Notes: generated by a model from the letters alone, not told the origin. A DNA stretch of 64,000 nucleotides from an uncultured Myxococcales bacterium (GCA_903919145.1 CAIXGW010000139.1:33927-97926), one strand, 5' to 3'; numbered from the stretch's first letter, positions 26,301-35,113 are shown. Numbers and translations are program-made.

Positions 26301-29167
26301 GCATCAGCCGCGCCCGGGCGAGCGCAGTCGTTTACGGCAAGGGCTCGCAGTTTTGGGATCAGTCCAGCGAGCGCTCAGAGATGCTGGTGGCCGACCAGAA
26401 GAGCTACAAGGTCGGAGAAACGGCCAAGATCCTGATCAAGAATCCCCTTCCGGGGGCCAGGGCCCTGGTCTCGATCGAGCGCGCCAGCGTGCTAGAGACG
26501 CGCATGCTGGACCTGCCTGGGGCCACCGCCACCTTTGACATTCCCATCCTGGCCCGCCACCAGCCCAATTTCTTTGTGGCGGTGGCCATCATGGGCGGCC
26601 GGGCTGCCCCTGCGGTGGTCGGCAAGGAAGACACTGGCGCGCCCCAGCTCAAGATCGCCTACCTGCCGATCCGCGTCGACACGGCCGACCGCCACCTCAA
26701 AGTTGAGGTCAAGCCCGCGCAACCGCGCTACCGGCCTCAGGAAGAAGTGACCGTCGATGTGCAGCTCTCTGACGCAGCCGGCAAGCCCGTGGCTGGCGAA
26801 GTCACGCTGTGGGCCGTCGACGAAGGCGTGCTGGCCCTGACCGGCCATGCGACCCCAGACCCCATGGAGAGCCTGCTGGCCCCGGCCTATCTCGGCGTGC
26901 GCAGCTACGCCACCATAGAGGACCTGATCAAGGGCAAAGTGGGCGACGAGAAAGGTCAAGACGGCGGCGGCGGCGGCTTTGGCGTGGCAGCGCGCGGTGA
27001 TTTCCGCGACGTGCCGGTGTGGCTACCCGACCTCAAGGCAGGTCCAGATGGCAAGGCCCAGGCCAAGTTCAAGCTACCAGACAACCTGACCACTTTCCGG
27101 GTGATGGCCGTGGCGGTCGCTGGGGCCAGCCAGGGCGGCGCCGGTCAGGGCCAGGTCCAGGTAGACAAGCCGTTGATGCTGCTGACGACCTGGCCGCGGC
27201 AGGTCCACGTGGGAGACGAGTTTGAGGTCGCGCTGGTGGTGCGCAACCGCTCTGAAGGGCCGCTGGACGGCCAGGCCACGCTGCTGCTCAAGCCCGAAGG
27301 CGGCCAGGCGGCGCTGGTCGGCGAGGCGCAAAAAGCCCTGACTCTGGCCAAAGATGCCAGCCAGGAGCTGGTCTTTCGCGTCAAAGCGACGGCGGCGGGC
27401 AAGGTCAAGCTGGCGGTGCTGGCCAAGGGCGGCGCCCAGCAGGACGGCGTAGAAGACTCCGTGGAGATTGTCGATCCCGCCCCGACCGAGAGTGTGGCGA
27501 CCTGGGGCCAGGGCGAGACCTCTCTGCAAGAAGCGCTGCAGAAGAATCCCTTGGCGCGGCCAGGGGTAGGCGGCCTACAGGTGCAGGCGGCGGGCACCGC
27601 GCTCATCGGCCTGACCGGCGCGCTGCAGTTCTTGGTCGAGTATCCCTACGGCTGCACCGAGCAGGTGGCGTCGCAGCTGCTGGCGCTGCTGTGGCTGGAG
27701 AAGCTGGCCAAGAGCTACGACGTGCTGCCCGACCAGCAGAAGAAAGCCAAGGATATGGCACAGCTCGCCGTAGACAAGCTGCAGAGCCGTCGGGCCAGCG
27801 GATCGGCGGGTCTGGTGCTGTGGCCCGAGGCCGAGAGCCCAGACACTGCGGCCACGGCCTGGTCGCTGCGGGTCCTGCAACAAGCCAAGCAAGCCGGCTA
27901 TCGGGTTGACGAAGGCCTTCTGCGCGACGGCGCGGCCTGGCTGCGGACGCGGCTGGATACCAAGATGCTGGGAATGCAAGAGAATCCTCAGCAGTTTGAG
28001 CCGCAGCGGGCGTTGGTGCTTTCGACGCTGGCGCTGCTGGGCCAGCCGGCCGCGGGCTACCTGGACGAGTTGTTTGCCAAGCGCGCCGAGCTGCCCGTCT
28101 CGGCGCAGCTGCTGTTGGCCGAGGCGGCGGCCGCGGACCGCGCTGGCGGTGGCAACAAGGCCCAGGTGCTGGTGCAGGAGCTGACCCGCGCGCTGGTGGT
28201 CGACGCGGCGACCGCTCACTTGCCAGACAGCGGCGACGACTGGGGGGTGTGGTCTAGTGAGCAGCGTATCAACGCTCAGCTTTTGGGTGTGATGCTGCAG
28301 GCGGCGCCGGCCCACCCGATGCTGCCGCGGCTGGTGCGCTGGTTGTTGGACAGTCGGCAGAATGAGCGCTGGGGCTCGACCCAGGAAAACGCCTGGGCCC
28401 TGCAGGGGCTGGGCGTGTGGATGACGGCCAATGAGAGCGCCCGCGCCGACTTTGGGCTGCAGGTGCTGGTGGGCGGCAAGCAGATAGGCCAGGGCAAGGT
28501 GCTGGCGCGCTCGCTGGATCCGCTCAAATTCACCATGGGCCACCAAGATCTGCCCAGCGGCGTGGTGCCGGTGGTGCTGCAAAAGGACCCAGGCGGCACG
28601 CTGCACTACCAGGTGCGCTACACCTACGCGCTGCCGCCCGAGGCCGATTACCCCAAGAACCACGGGCTGTTTGTCAAGCGTCTGGTCATCGACGAGCAGG
28701 GGCGGGTGCAGCCCCAGAGCATTGCCCGCGGTCAGCAGGTCCTGGTGGCGGTGGCGGTGGCGGCCGACCGCGATCGGCCAGACGTGGCGATTGTCGACCA
28801 GCTGCCGGCAGGCTTGGAGCCGGTCGAGGGCAGCCTGGCCACGGGAGTCAAGGCGGTGGCCGACTCTCTGCAGCGCCTGCAGGGCAGCCTGGTGGGCGTC
28901 GGCTTGCAGGACCTGGAGCCGGGCCTTCAAAGCGGTGATCCGCGCCAGCCGCCGCCGGTGGCCGAGGGCAGCTATGACCGCCGTGAGCTGGCAGGGCGAG
29001 AAGTTCGCTGGTTTATCCATCACTTGCCCCAGGGCGTGCACATCTACACCTACGTGGCGCGCGCGGCGGTGCGCGGCCAGTTCATCGGCCGCGGCGTCAA
29101 GGCAGAGGGCATGTACCGGCCAGACGTCTTTGGCACCTCTGGGCCCAACCGCCTGGCCATCGACTAG
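23321..29167 (+). CDS. Bacterial alpha-2-macroglobulin family lipoprotein (YfhM/ECAM-like), thioester motif CTEQ
   Basis: ATG 23321 preceded by AGAGG. Lipoprotein signal RLAWLIALATATAC|QRS. Thioester region EYPYGCTEQVASQLLALLWL (C-x-E-Q at 27653-27664). ~1948 aa with MG-domain-like repeats. Immediately followed by pbpC, the conserved pairing. Confidence 0.9.
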   Translation: MNPKPQARPSGTGRRGSSAARLAWLIALATATACQRSAEPAKPGAEAAAGGAAVAPSKGGAPSLAAALPGVPTMTFAMPRGDQQQLPAMGAVAFDQPVVALSAVDGPGLATQVSLDPPVPLRTQWMGTSTLGFWPTKRLAGATAYKVSVQGVTTTAGAKVADVSWAFATPPASVARTWPADGSDQVQPGTLILVAFDQPVDAASVQAAAHLESDGKPLPPLKAREATAEERSRWASEEALKPVLDRLVVLQPAQALPAPAKVALIVGPGVRSKEGPLPSTKPFRLNFATLGPMEILSAGCAEPCDPDAWAPVNVQFNNSLPENQSAPMEKLVAISPSPGPHRVSCWGQTCQIVETSDARPLSATGQPVLFWKPGVVYTLSVQPGIVDRHGQKLTKGRTVTFTMGHRRPDLTLMTNGSVAETAQTPHRLAVTLRNLKTVEVRAKVVDRSSLAAVLKGIHHTEDPTPAGRAPAQNRVVYDQILPMRPSVKADEDERRVIEVDAPLGGAGKTGAVAIQVSSPDVKQTIERLVQVTDLHLLAKLSKDSSVFWVTSLATGKPMAGVDVAVQSGVGKEIWRGKTNADGLVTGPGDLGPAPQRYDEPENGEGDDSAATPEKLPNIATAALGSDWSFMRLDGNARTGSTWEHEGSFDQEGDGRGYLFVDKNIYKLGETVHIKGIVRRLGGQGLVLPKAGAPGFVTLHGPSEQELGKAAIKLSEFGTFSAELPVSMAGGYGSWQIKAQVDGVDLSGGFEVLVYRTPKFKSEAKTSTPHVVVGEAAQGTVSAAYYSGGPLAAAPVVASGSGWGDQFVPPGWSEFEFGADIYDAAAAPGGDRFADESKGQLDAKGAWNWSLPTDKTATRRSIPVEVELAITDPNGQPLAAKTRFWIHPAAVHGGVQLKRSMVESGQPMQLDMIAVDHLGKAVSGAALEVAVVRRVYKQAQQVGIGGAVDWSVTPVDEEIGGCKATSGAAPVACVVTSKDPGLYLLTLTAKDSQGRISRARASAVVYGKGSQFWDQSSERSEMLVADQKSYKVGETAKILIKNPLPGARALVSIERASVLETRMLDLPGATATFDIPILARHQPNFFVAVAIMGGRAAPAVVGKEDTGAPQLKIAYLPIRVDTADRHLKVEVKPAQPRYRPQEEVTVDVQLSDAAGKPVAGEVTLWAVDEGVLALTGHATPDPMESLLAPAYLGVRSYATIEDLIKGKVGDEKGQDGGGGGFGVAARGDFRDVPVWLPDLKAGPDGKAQAKFKLPDNLTTFRVMAVAVAGASQGGAGQGQVQVDKPLMLLTTWPRQVHVGDEFEVALVVRNRSEGPLDGQATLLLKPEGGQAALVGEAQKALTLAKDASQELVFRVKATAAGKVKLAVLAKGGAQQDGVEDSVEIVDPAPTESVATWGQGETSLQEALQKNPLARPGVGGLQVQAAGTALIGLTGALQFLVEYPYGCTEQVASQLLALLWLEKLAKSYDVLPDQQKKAKDMAQLAVDKLQSRRASGSAGLVLWPEAESPDTAATAWSLRVLQQAKQAGYRVDEGLLRDGAAWLRTRLDTKMLGMQENPQQFEPQRALVLSTLALLGQPAAGYLDELFAKRAELPVSAQLLLAEAAAADRAGGGNKAQVLVQELTRALVVDAATAHLPDSGDDWGVWSSEQRINAQLLGVMLQAAPAHPMLPRLVRWLLDSRQNERWGSTQENAWALQGLGVWMTANESARADFGLQVLVGGKQIGQGKVLARSLDPLKFTMGHQDLPSGVVPVVLQKDPGGTLHYQVRYTYALPPEADYPKNHGLFVKRLVIDEQGRVQPQSIARGQQVLVAVAVAADRDRPDVAIVDQLPAGLEPVEGSLATGVKAVADSLQRLQGSLVGVGLQDLEPGLQSGDPRQPPPVAEGSYDRRELAGREVRWFIHHLPQGVHIYTYVARAAVRGQFIGRGVKAEGMYRPDVFGTSGPNRLAID

Positions 29168-29170
29168 TCC

Positions 29171-31600
29171 TTGCTGGGGCCGCGCCTTCGCCAGTGGCTC
29201 GCCAAGGCCACACCCCGTCGGCTCCGCTTGGCAGCGTGGCTGCTGGTGCTGGGCCTTGGCTTGGCGGCGCTGTGGTTGCTGCTGCGCGGCGGCTGGCTGG
29301 CGCCGGCCAATCCCCAAGCCGAGCTGCACCAGCGCTTTGGCACCACCCGGCTACTGGACCGCCATGGGCGCACTTTGCAAGCCTGGAGTGGCGCAGAGTC
29401 GACCCGCCACCGCCGGCTGCGCTTGGCTGACGTCTCGCCCAAGCTCATCGCCGCCACTTTGGCCCTGGAAGATCAGCGCTTCTGGCAGCATCCGGGCGTC
29501 GATCCCCTGGCGATGGCGCGCGCCGCCGCCCACAACCTGCGCGCTGGGCGGGTCGTCTCGGGGGCTTCGACGCTGACCCAGCAGCTGTGCAAGTGGTTGC
29601 AGCCGCGCCCGCGCACGGTGGGCGCCAAGGCGCTGGAGGCCCTGACGGCTCTGCACCTCGAAACGCGGCTCAGCAAGGCAGAAATCCTAGAGCTGTACCT
29701 GTCTTATGCGCCCTACGGCGGAGTTCAGCGCGGCGCGGTGCAGGCGTCGCAGGCCTGGCTCGGCAAGCCGGCGGCCGACCTGACCTGGGCTGAAGCGGCG
29801 TGGCTGGCGGTGCTGCCGCGGTCGCCGGCGCGGCTGAACCCGGCGGTGCGGCCCCAGGCGGCCTTTGGCGACCAGCGAGCCCTGCTGCGCGCCATGGCGG
29901 CAAAAAGCCTTCTGACCCCAGAGGAATTGCAGCAGGCCTTGGCCCAGCCCATTGAGGTGGTGACGGACCCGCGGCCGCTGCGGGCACCGCACCTGGCGGA
30001 GCACATTGCCGCCACGTTGCCGGCTGAGCTGGCCGCGCGGGCCACCGCGGTGCTGACGACCGTAGATGGCGACTTGCAGCAGGCCATTGAGCTGCGCACC
30101 CGCGCCCACTTGCTGCGCCTTGCCGACCGCGACATTGGCAATGCGGCGGTGGTGGTCCTTGACAACCAGACGGCCGAGGTCCTGGCGCTGGTCGGCTCGG
30201 CCAACTACGCCGATGACGCGCGTGGCGGGGCCAACAACGGCGCTTTGGCGCTGCGCCAGCCCGGCTCGACCATCAAAGCCTTTACCTACGCTGCGGCGTT
30301 TGACCGCGGCTGGTCGCCTGCTCGGGTGCTCATGGACTTGGCGGCGCAGTTCGCCACCCCCCAGGGGCTGTGGAGTCCTCGCAATTACGGACACATCGAG
30401 CACGGGCCGGTGCGGGCCCGGCAGGCGCTGGCCTCCTCTCTCAACCTGCCGGCGGTGCGGCTGCTGGACCGCCTGGGCGTGGCGGTGCTGCGTCAAGTGC
30501 TTGATAAGCTAGGATTTGCTTCTCTGGCGCGCGACTCGGCCCACTACGGGCTGGCGCTGACCTTGGGCGACGGTGAGGTGAGCCTGTTGGAGCTGACGTC
30601 GGCCTTTGCCGTTCTGGCGCGCGGTGGCCTGCACCGTCAGGGCCGGCTGGTGCAGGCGGTCACCGATGCCCAGGGTCGGCGCTGGGAATTGCCGCAGGCC
30701 CCGCCTGTTCAGGTGTTTTCGGCCCAGGCGGCGTGGCAGGTGTTTGACATTCTAAGCGATCCGGCGGCGCGCCAGCTGGCTTTTGGCCGCGGCAGCGTCT
30801 TGGAGATGCCCATCCCCGCCGCTGTCAAAACTGGTACCTCCAAGGGGTTTCGCGACAACTGGGCGGTCGGCACCTCTAGCCGCTACACCGTTGGCGTGTG
30901 GGCGGGCCACTTCGACGGCCGGCCGATGCAAGATGTCTCTGGCGTGACCGGCGCAGCTCCGCTGCTGCGCGAAGTGCTGCTGTACCTGCACTCGGCCACC
31001 GCAGCCCAGCCCGTGGCGCGCCCGGCCGGGATGGCGCCGCACAAGATCTGCCCCCTGTCAGGCGAGCTGGCCGGCGAGCACTGTCCGCAGTCGCTGCAAG
31101 AGTGGCTGACGCCGGCGCAGGTGGGCCAGCCCTGCTCCTGGCACCGGCGGATAGCGGTAGACAAGCGCAACGGCCTGCGCGCCGGGCCGGAGTGCCAGGC
31201 CGAGCACGTTGACCACGCCACCGTTGTTGAATTGCCGGGGGAATTGCTGGCTTGGGCCCAAGGCCGGCTGCCGCTGGCGCCCCAGCAGAACTCGCCGCTG
31301 TGCCAGAGCGCCGCTCCACCCAGCGCCGCCGTGGTCATCGATGTGCCGGCGCACGCTGCCCGTTACCAGGTCAACCCGCGCATGCCGTTGGCTGAGCAGG
31401 CGATCGGCCTAAAGGCAAGATCCTCTTGGCCGCAGGCTCAGTTGCGCTGGAGTGTTGATGGCGCGCCGCTGCCACCGCCGCCGCCCGGTCGGCCGTTGCT
31501 GTGGCCGCTGCAGCCCGGCGAGCACCTGTTTCGCTGCGAGGCCCTGGATGAGCAGGGCCGGGTGCTGGGCAGGGCGCGCGCAGAGGTCGCAGTCGACTGA
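29171..31600 (+). CDS. pbpC: Penicillin-binding protein 1C (glycosyltransferase GT51 + transpeptidase), membrane anchored
   Basis: GT51 motifs LEDQRFWQHPGVDP and RVVSGASTLTQQLCK. TPase motifs GSTIKAF (SxxK), SSLN (SxN), KTGTS (KTG). N-terminal TM helix LRLAAWLLVLGLGLAALWLLL. TTG start 3 nt after the A2M stop. Confidence 0.85.
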   Translation: MLGPRLRQWLAKATPRRLRLAAWLLVLGLGLAALWLLLRGGWLAPANPQAELHQRFGTTRLLDRHGRTLQAWSGAESTRHRRLRLADVSPKLIAATLALEDQRFWQHPGVDPLAMARAAAHNLRAGRVVSGASTLTQQLCKWLQPRPRTVGAKALEALTALHLETRLSKAEILELYLSYAPYGGVQRGAVQASQAWLGKPAADLTWAEAAWLAVLPRSPARLNPAVRPQAAFGDQRALLRAMAAKSLLTPEELQQALAQPIEVVTDPRPLRAPHLAEHIAATLPAELAARATAVLTTVDGDLQQAIELRTRAHLLRLADRDIGNAAVVVLDNQTAEVLALVGSANYADDARGGANNGALALRQPGSTIKAFTYAAAFDRGWSPARVLMDLAAQFATPQGLWSPRNYGHIEHGPVRARQALASSLNLPAVRLLDRLGVAVLRQVLDKLGFASLARDSAHYGLALTLGDGEVSLLELTSAFAVLARGGLHRQGRLVQAVTDAQGRRWELPQAPPVQVFSAQAAWQVFDILSDPAARQLAFGRGSVLEMPIPAAVKTGTSKGFRDNWAVGTSSRYTVGVWAGHFDGRPMQDVSGVTGAAPLLREVLLYLHSATAAQPVARPAGMAPHKICPLSGELAGEHCPQSLQEWLTPAQVGQPCSWHRRIAVDKRNGLRAGPECQAEHVDHATVVELPGELLAWAQGRLPLAPQQNSPLCQSAAPPSAAVVIDVPAHAARYQVNPRMPLAEQAIGLKARSSWPQAQLRWSVDGAPLPPPPPGRPLLWPLQPGEHLFRCEALDEQGRVLGRARAEVAVD

Positions 31601-31651
31601 TTGGCGGTCCACTGAGTCGCGGTCCACTGAGTCGGGGTCGACAGGCAGAGG

Positions 31652-32233
31652 TCAGCCCAGCCCGAGCTGGCGCTCCAGATCTTCCAGCACGACCGATAGT
31701 TGCTGGTCATCGGTCAGCCAATCGCAGGCGTCCCACTGGCGCAGGTCCAGGACGGCCTGCGCCACCTCGTGAGGCTGCTGCAGCGCGGCCCGCTGGCCCA
31801 GCAGCACCTGCAGGGAAGGCCAGCGCTGGTCGCTGTGGCGCAGCTGCGGCCGGAGGTGGTGGCAGACCAGACTCCAGCCCGCGTCGTCGGCAAACACGGC
31901 TGCTGCCTGCAGTTCTTGGGGGCCCGCCCACACCGCCACCAGCGGCGGATGGCCCAGCCGCCGCAGCGCGGCAGCGGCCCACAGGGCACCGTCTAGCACG
32001 CCGATCTGGCGGTCGCGCAGCACGCTCAAGGGCGAACGCAGCCAACCCTGCTCGCTCACAGGGAATTGGTCAAGCCAGCCCTGGATTTGCGCCGGCGTCG
32101 CCAGCTCTTGCAGCTGGGCAATCGCCGCATCGGGCCACTGTGAAGTCAGCGCGTCAAAGTCTACCTGCACGGGCACCTCCGCCCGCCATTGCAGCGCATG
32201 GCGCGGCTGCTGGCAACCTACTTGACCCACCAT
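31652..32233 (-). CDS. Hypothetical protein
   Basis: ORF convergent with pbpC. Start placed at ATG 32233 (MVGQVGCQQ...) so that a divergent promoter region remains before ilvE. No recognisable motifs and no clear SD, so existence and start are low confidence. Confidence 0.35.
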   Translation of the reverse strand: MVGQVGCQQPRHALQWRAEVPVQVDFDALTSQWPDAAIAQLQELATPAQIQGWLDQFPVSEQGWLRSPLSVLRDRQIGVLDGALWAAAALRRLGHPPLVAVWAGPQELQAAAVFADDAGWSLVCHHLRPQLRHSDQRWPSLQVLLGQRAALQQPHEVAQAVLDLRQWDACDWLTDDQQLSVVLEDLERQLGLG

Positions 32234-32400
32234 CGCCGCGGCGACAGAAACCGCAGCGGCGATTGCGCATAGGTAGCATGGGGTTGAGCCGCGCGATGCG
32301 CCCACGCTTGCGGTCGCGATTGCCAGCCCTTTGGCAGTGCGGGTATCCTGCTGTGCGCGCCGGACCTGCCGAGGGTCCACCCAGCGCGCCGGAGGACCCG

Positions 32401-33345
32401 ATGACGACCCAGCCCCCCGGCGTGCAGGTGTGGCTCAACGGCCAGGTGGTCAGCGCAGAGCAGGCCCGGCTGCCGCATCTGACCCACTCGTTTCACTATG
32501 GTCTGGCGGCCTTTGAGGGCATTCGCGCCTACCAGACCCGCCCCGGTCGCGGCGCCATCTTCCGCCTCAAGGACCACATCCGCCGCCTGATGGAGAGCTG
32601 CCGCGTCACTACGCTGGACCGCGGCCTGAAGTGGACCACCGACGATTTGACCCAGGGCTGCATTGCGGCTCTTCAGGCAAACTCCTTGGATTCTGGGTAT
32701 TTGCGCCCGGTTGTCTACATCGCCGACGGCGCAATGGGCATCGGTGCAGCCAACAATCCCATCCACGCCATGATCGCCGCCTGGAAGTGGGGCGCGTACC
32801 TGGGAGAAGAGGGGCTCAAGAACGGCATTCGCTGCCGCATCTCTTCCTTTCAGCGGCCCGGCCACGCCACGGTGATGTCCAAAGCCAAGATCAACGGCCA
32901 GTACGTCAACTCGATCCTGGCCAAGAGAGAGGCCGCAGCCAGCGGCTATGACGAAGCCATCTTGCTCAACGAGCAGGGCTACATCACTGAAGCGTCTGGG
33001 GAAAACGTGTTCATGGTCCAGGCCGGCAAGCTGGTGACGCCGCCCCTTGGCATGAACATCCTGGGCGGCATCACCCGGCTGACGGTACTGCAGATCGCCC
33101 GCGACATGGGCATTGAGACGGTAGAGCGAGCCTTTGCCCGAGACGAATTGTACTGCGCCGACGAAGTGTTCTTGACGGGAACCGCCGCGGAAGTGACGCC
33201 AGTCAGAGAGGTCGATGGCAGGATGATCGGCATTGGGTCGCGCGGTGCGATCACCGAGCTCATGCAGCAGGAGTATTTTGAGACCGTGCAGGGCCGCCGC
33301 GATGACAAGTACGGTCACTGGCTAACCTACTACGATGTGACCTAG
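32401..33345 (+). CDS. ilvE: Branched-chain amino acid aminotransferase (PLP fold type IV)
   Basis: ATG 32401 preceded by GGAGGACCCG. Sequence VWLNGQVVSAEQARLPHLTHSFHYGLAAFEGIRAY..., ...EASGENVFMVQAGKLVTPP...LGGITR..., 314 aa. The upstream part of the ORF track (32140-) is rejected. Confidence 0.85.
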   Translation: MTTQPPGVQVWLNGQVVSAEQARLPHLTHSFHYGLAAFEGIRAYQTRPGRGAIFRLKDHIRRLMESCRVTTLDRGLKWTTDDLTQGCIAALQANSLDSGYLRPVVYIADGAMGIGAANNPIHAMIAAWKWGAYLGEEGLKNGIRCRISSFQRPGHATVMSKAKINGQYVNSILAKREAAASGYDEAILLNEQGYITEASGENVFMVQAGKLVTPPLGMNILGGITRLTVLQIARDMGIETVERAFARDELYCADEVFLTGTAAEVTPVREVDGRMIGIGSRGAITELMQQEYFETVQGRRDDKYGHWLTYYDVT

Positions 33346-33350
33346 GTGAC

Positions 33351-33446
33351 TGTGAGCGGTTGTCAGGGTGAGCGGTTGGCAGTGTGAGCGGTTGGCAGTG
33401 TGAGCGGTTGTCAGTGCGAGCGGTTGTCAGTGCGAGCGGTTCTGAG
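33351..33446. repeat. Tandem direct repeat, 6 x 16 bp (consensus TGTGAGCGGTTGTCAG), intergenic between ilvE and the next gene
   Basis: Read directly: TGTGAGCGGTTGTCAG / GGTGAGCGGTTGGCAG / TGTGAGCGGTTGGCAG / TGTGAGCGGTTGTCAG / TGCGAGCGGTTGTCAG / TGCGAGCGGTTCTGAG. Starts 6 nt after the ilvE stop. Confidence 0.9.
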
Positions 33447-33451
33447 CGAAT

Positions 33452-35110
33452 TTGGACGATTGGGGGATTGCGGTGGCCTTGTTCGAGCGCTTTGAGCGGT
33501 GGCAGACGGAGGATTTTGACGCGTTTTTGGAGCCCAAGTGGGCCTCGAATCGCTTCAACGTCGAGCGCGGGCGGGTGCGCGAGCGCTTGCGCTCGGCCTT
33601 TGAACAGATCGGCGAGGGCCACCCGCAACTGCTGAGCGGCCTGGAGGTCTGGGTCAGCCGCCAGGATCCCTGTTTTTTCAACCAGCACAGCGTCCGGCAG
33701 CTGCTGGCGGTGGTGGTAAGGCCGCAGGCGCACAGGGAGGTGCTGGAGCACGCCGACCCGCGCCTCTCGGCCACCCAGCCGGACCGCTGCCACGCCCACG
33801 CCGGCCTGCGCATCGACGCCACCAGTGTCGAGCTGCTGCTGGCGGTGCCGGAAGAGGCCCACTTTGACCTGGCGATGAGCGAAGAAGCTCGCCAGGGTCT
33901 GAGCGAGTTTGGGTTGCTGCTGGGCCAGGCCGACGTACAATTCCAGGGTGGCCTAAGGGTCTCGCGCACGTTTGACCGGCAAGAAGCCCTGGACTGGCCC
34001 GATCCGCTGGCGCAGCTGGTCGAGTGGCTAGAGCTGGCGGCGCCGCTGCTGCGGCAATTGCTCAGGCCGGTCGCGGCGGAGCCGCAGTCTTACAGCGAAG
34101 CGGCTGGCAGCGCGCCGGCGGCGGAGCGCCAAGAGGGCTTGGGCCCTGATGACCCGGCTCGTGCGGCCCCGCGCTCTTCTCTGCCGCCGTTGGGGCCGGC
34201 GATGCGGCCCTCTTTGCAGCTGGGCCCCGCTGGCCGGCCGCAGGCGCGCCTGGCCAGCGCCTTTGCCGAAACCCCAGCTGCTGCCAGCCTTTCTGCTGGC
34301 ACCCAGGTCACCACCCAGGGCGCGGCGCCAGCCAGCGCCGCTGCGCCGCAGCCTCAAGCCTGGACCCGCCAGCCCTACCGTCCGCAGATGCCGGCGCCCC
34401 AGCGCCAGCGCGCGACCCAAGACCGGCCCGACCTCGATCGCATCCTACCGCTGGGCGCCAAGCAGGCGCTGCAGGAGCTGCTGCAAGACGAGCAGCAACG
34501 CCGCCAACCCGAGCCGCCGCGCGACCCGCGGCCCCCCGTTGCCGAGCGCCGGCCGGATGCCCGGCAAGACCACCGCCAGGACCCGCGCCAGGACCCGCGC
34601 CAAGACCAGCGTCCAGACCACCGCCAGGACCAGCGTCCAGACCAGCGTCCGCCGCAGGGCCGGCCTGATCTGCGACCGGACCTTCGCCAAGAGCCGCGCC
34701 AGGAGACGCGCGGTGACCAGCGGCAGGATCCTCGGCTTGAAGCGCGGCGCCCCGACCAGCGCTCAGACCCCCGCCAGGACCAGCGGCGGGACGTTCGCGG
34801 TGACCCGCGCGGCGATTCCCGCGGCGACCAGCGGCGCGACCCCCGCCAGGACCCCCGCCAGGACCAGCGCCAGGACCCCCGACAGGACCCGCGGCAGGAC
34901 CCGCGCAACGCGCCGCGCGCCCAGCCGCCGCAGGCGCCCGCACCAGCCGACCGCCCGCAGACGCCGCCGATTGGCACGGCAGTGGTGCTGACCGGCGGTC
35001 TGCTGGCCGGCAAAGAGGGCGTGTTTGTGGCGATGAGAGGGCCCAACGTCAGGGTCAAAGTCGGTGTCCTGGAATTTGAGGTGGCGCCGTACCAGGTGCG
35101 GGTGAAATAG
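33452..35110 (+). CDS. Hypothetical protein: ~220 aa N-terminal domain, ~330 aa disordered Arg/Gln/Asp/Pro tract with degenerate RQDPR/RPDQR pentapeptide repeats, short C-terminal beta domain
   Basis: 552 aa ORF (TTG start per track; true start uncertain). Middle: ...RQDHRQDPRQDPRQDQRPDHRQDQRPDQRPPQGRPDLRPDLRQEPRQETRGDQRQDPR... C-terminus GTAVVLTGGLLAGKEGVFVAMRGPNVRVKVGVLEFEV. Stop is 3 nt before the next gene. Confidence 0.5.
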   Translation: MDDWGIAVALFERFERWQTEDFDAFLEPKWASNRFNVERGRVRERLRSAFEQIGEGHPQLLSGLEVWVSRQDPCFFNQHSVRQLLAVVVRPQAHREVLEHADPRLSATQPDRCHAHAGLRIDATSVELLLAVPEEAHFDLAMSEEARQGLSEFGLLLGQADVQFQGGLRVSRTFDRQEALDWPDPLAQLVEWLELAAPLLRQLLRPVAAEPQSYSEAAGSAPAAERQEGLGPDDPARAAPRSSLPPLGPAMRPSLQLGPAGRPQARLASAFAETPAAASLSAGTQVTTQGAAPASAAAPQPQAWTRQPYRPQMPAPQRQRATQDRPDLDRILPLGAKQALQELLQDEQQRRQPEPPRDPRPPVAERRPDARQDHRQDPRQDPRQDQRPDHRQDQRPDQRPPQGRPDLRPDLRQEPRQETRGDQRQDPRLEARRPDQRSDPRQDQRRDVRGDPRGDSRGDQRRDPRQDPRQDQRQDPRQDPRQDPRNAPRAQPPQAPAPADRPQTPPIGTAVVLTGGLLAGKEGVFVAMRGPNVRVKVGVLEFEVAPYQVRVK

Positions 35111-35113
35111 GCT

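Noticed and set aside
31652-32233. Transglutaminase-like cysteine peptidase assignment for the small hypothetical (motif GVLDGALWAAAALRRLGHPPLV)
   Set aside because: The would-be catalytic Cys position is Asp/Leu and spacing does not fit the G-x-C...GIPAR core. It is left as hypothetical.
33351-33446. CRISPR array interpretation of the two tandem repeat arrays
   Set aside because: Units are directly adjacent with no spacers, unit lengths (16/18 bp) are below CRISPR repeat size, and no cas genes are present.
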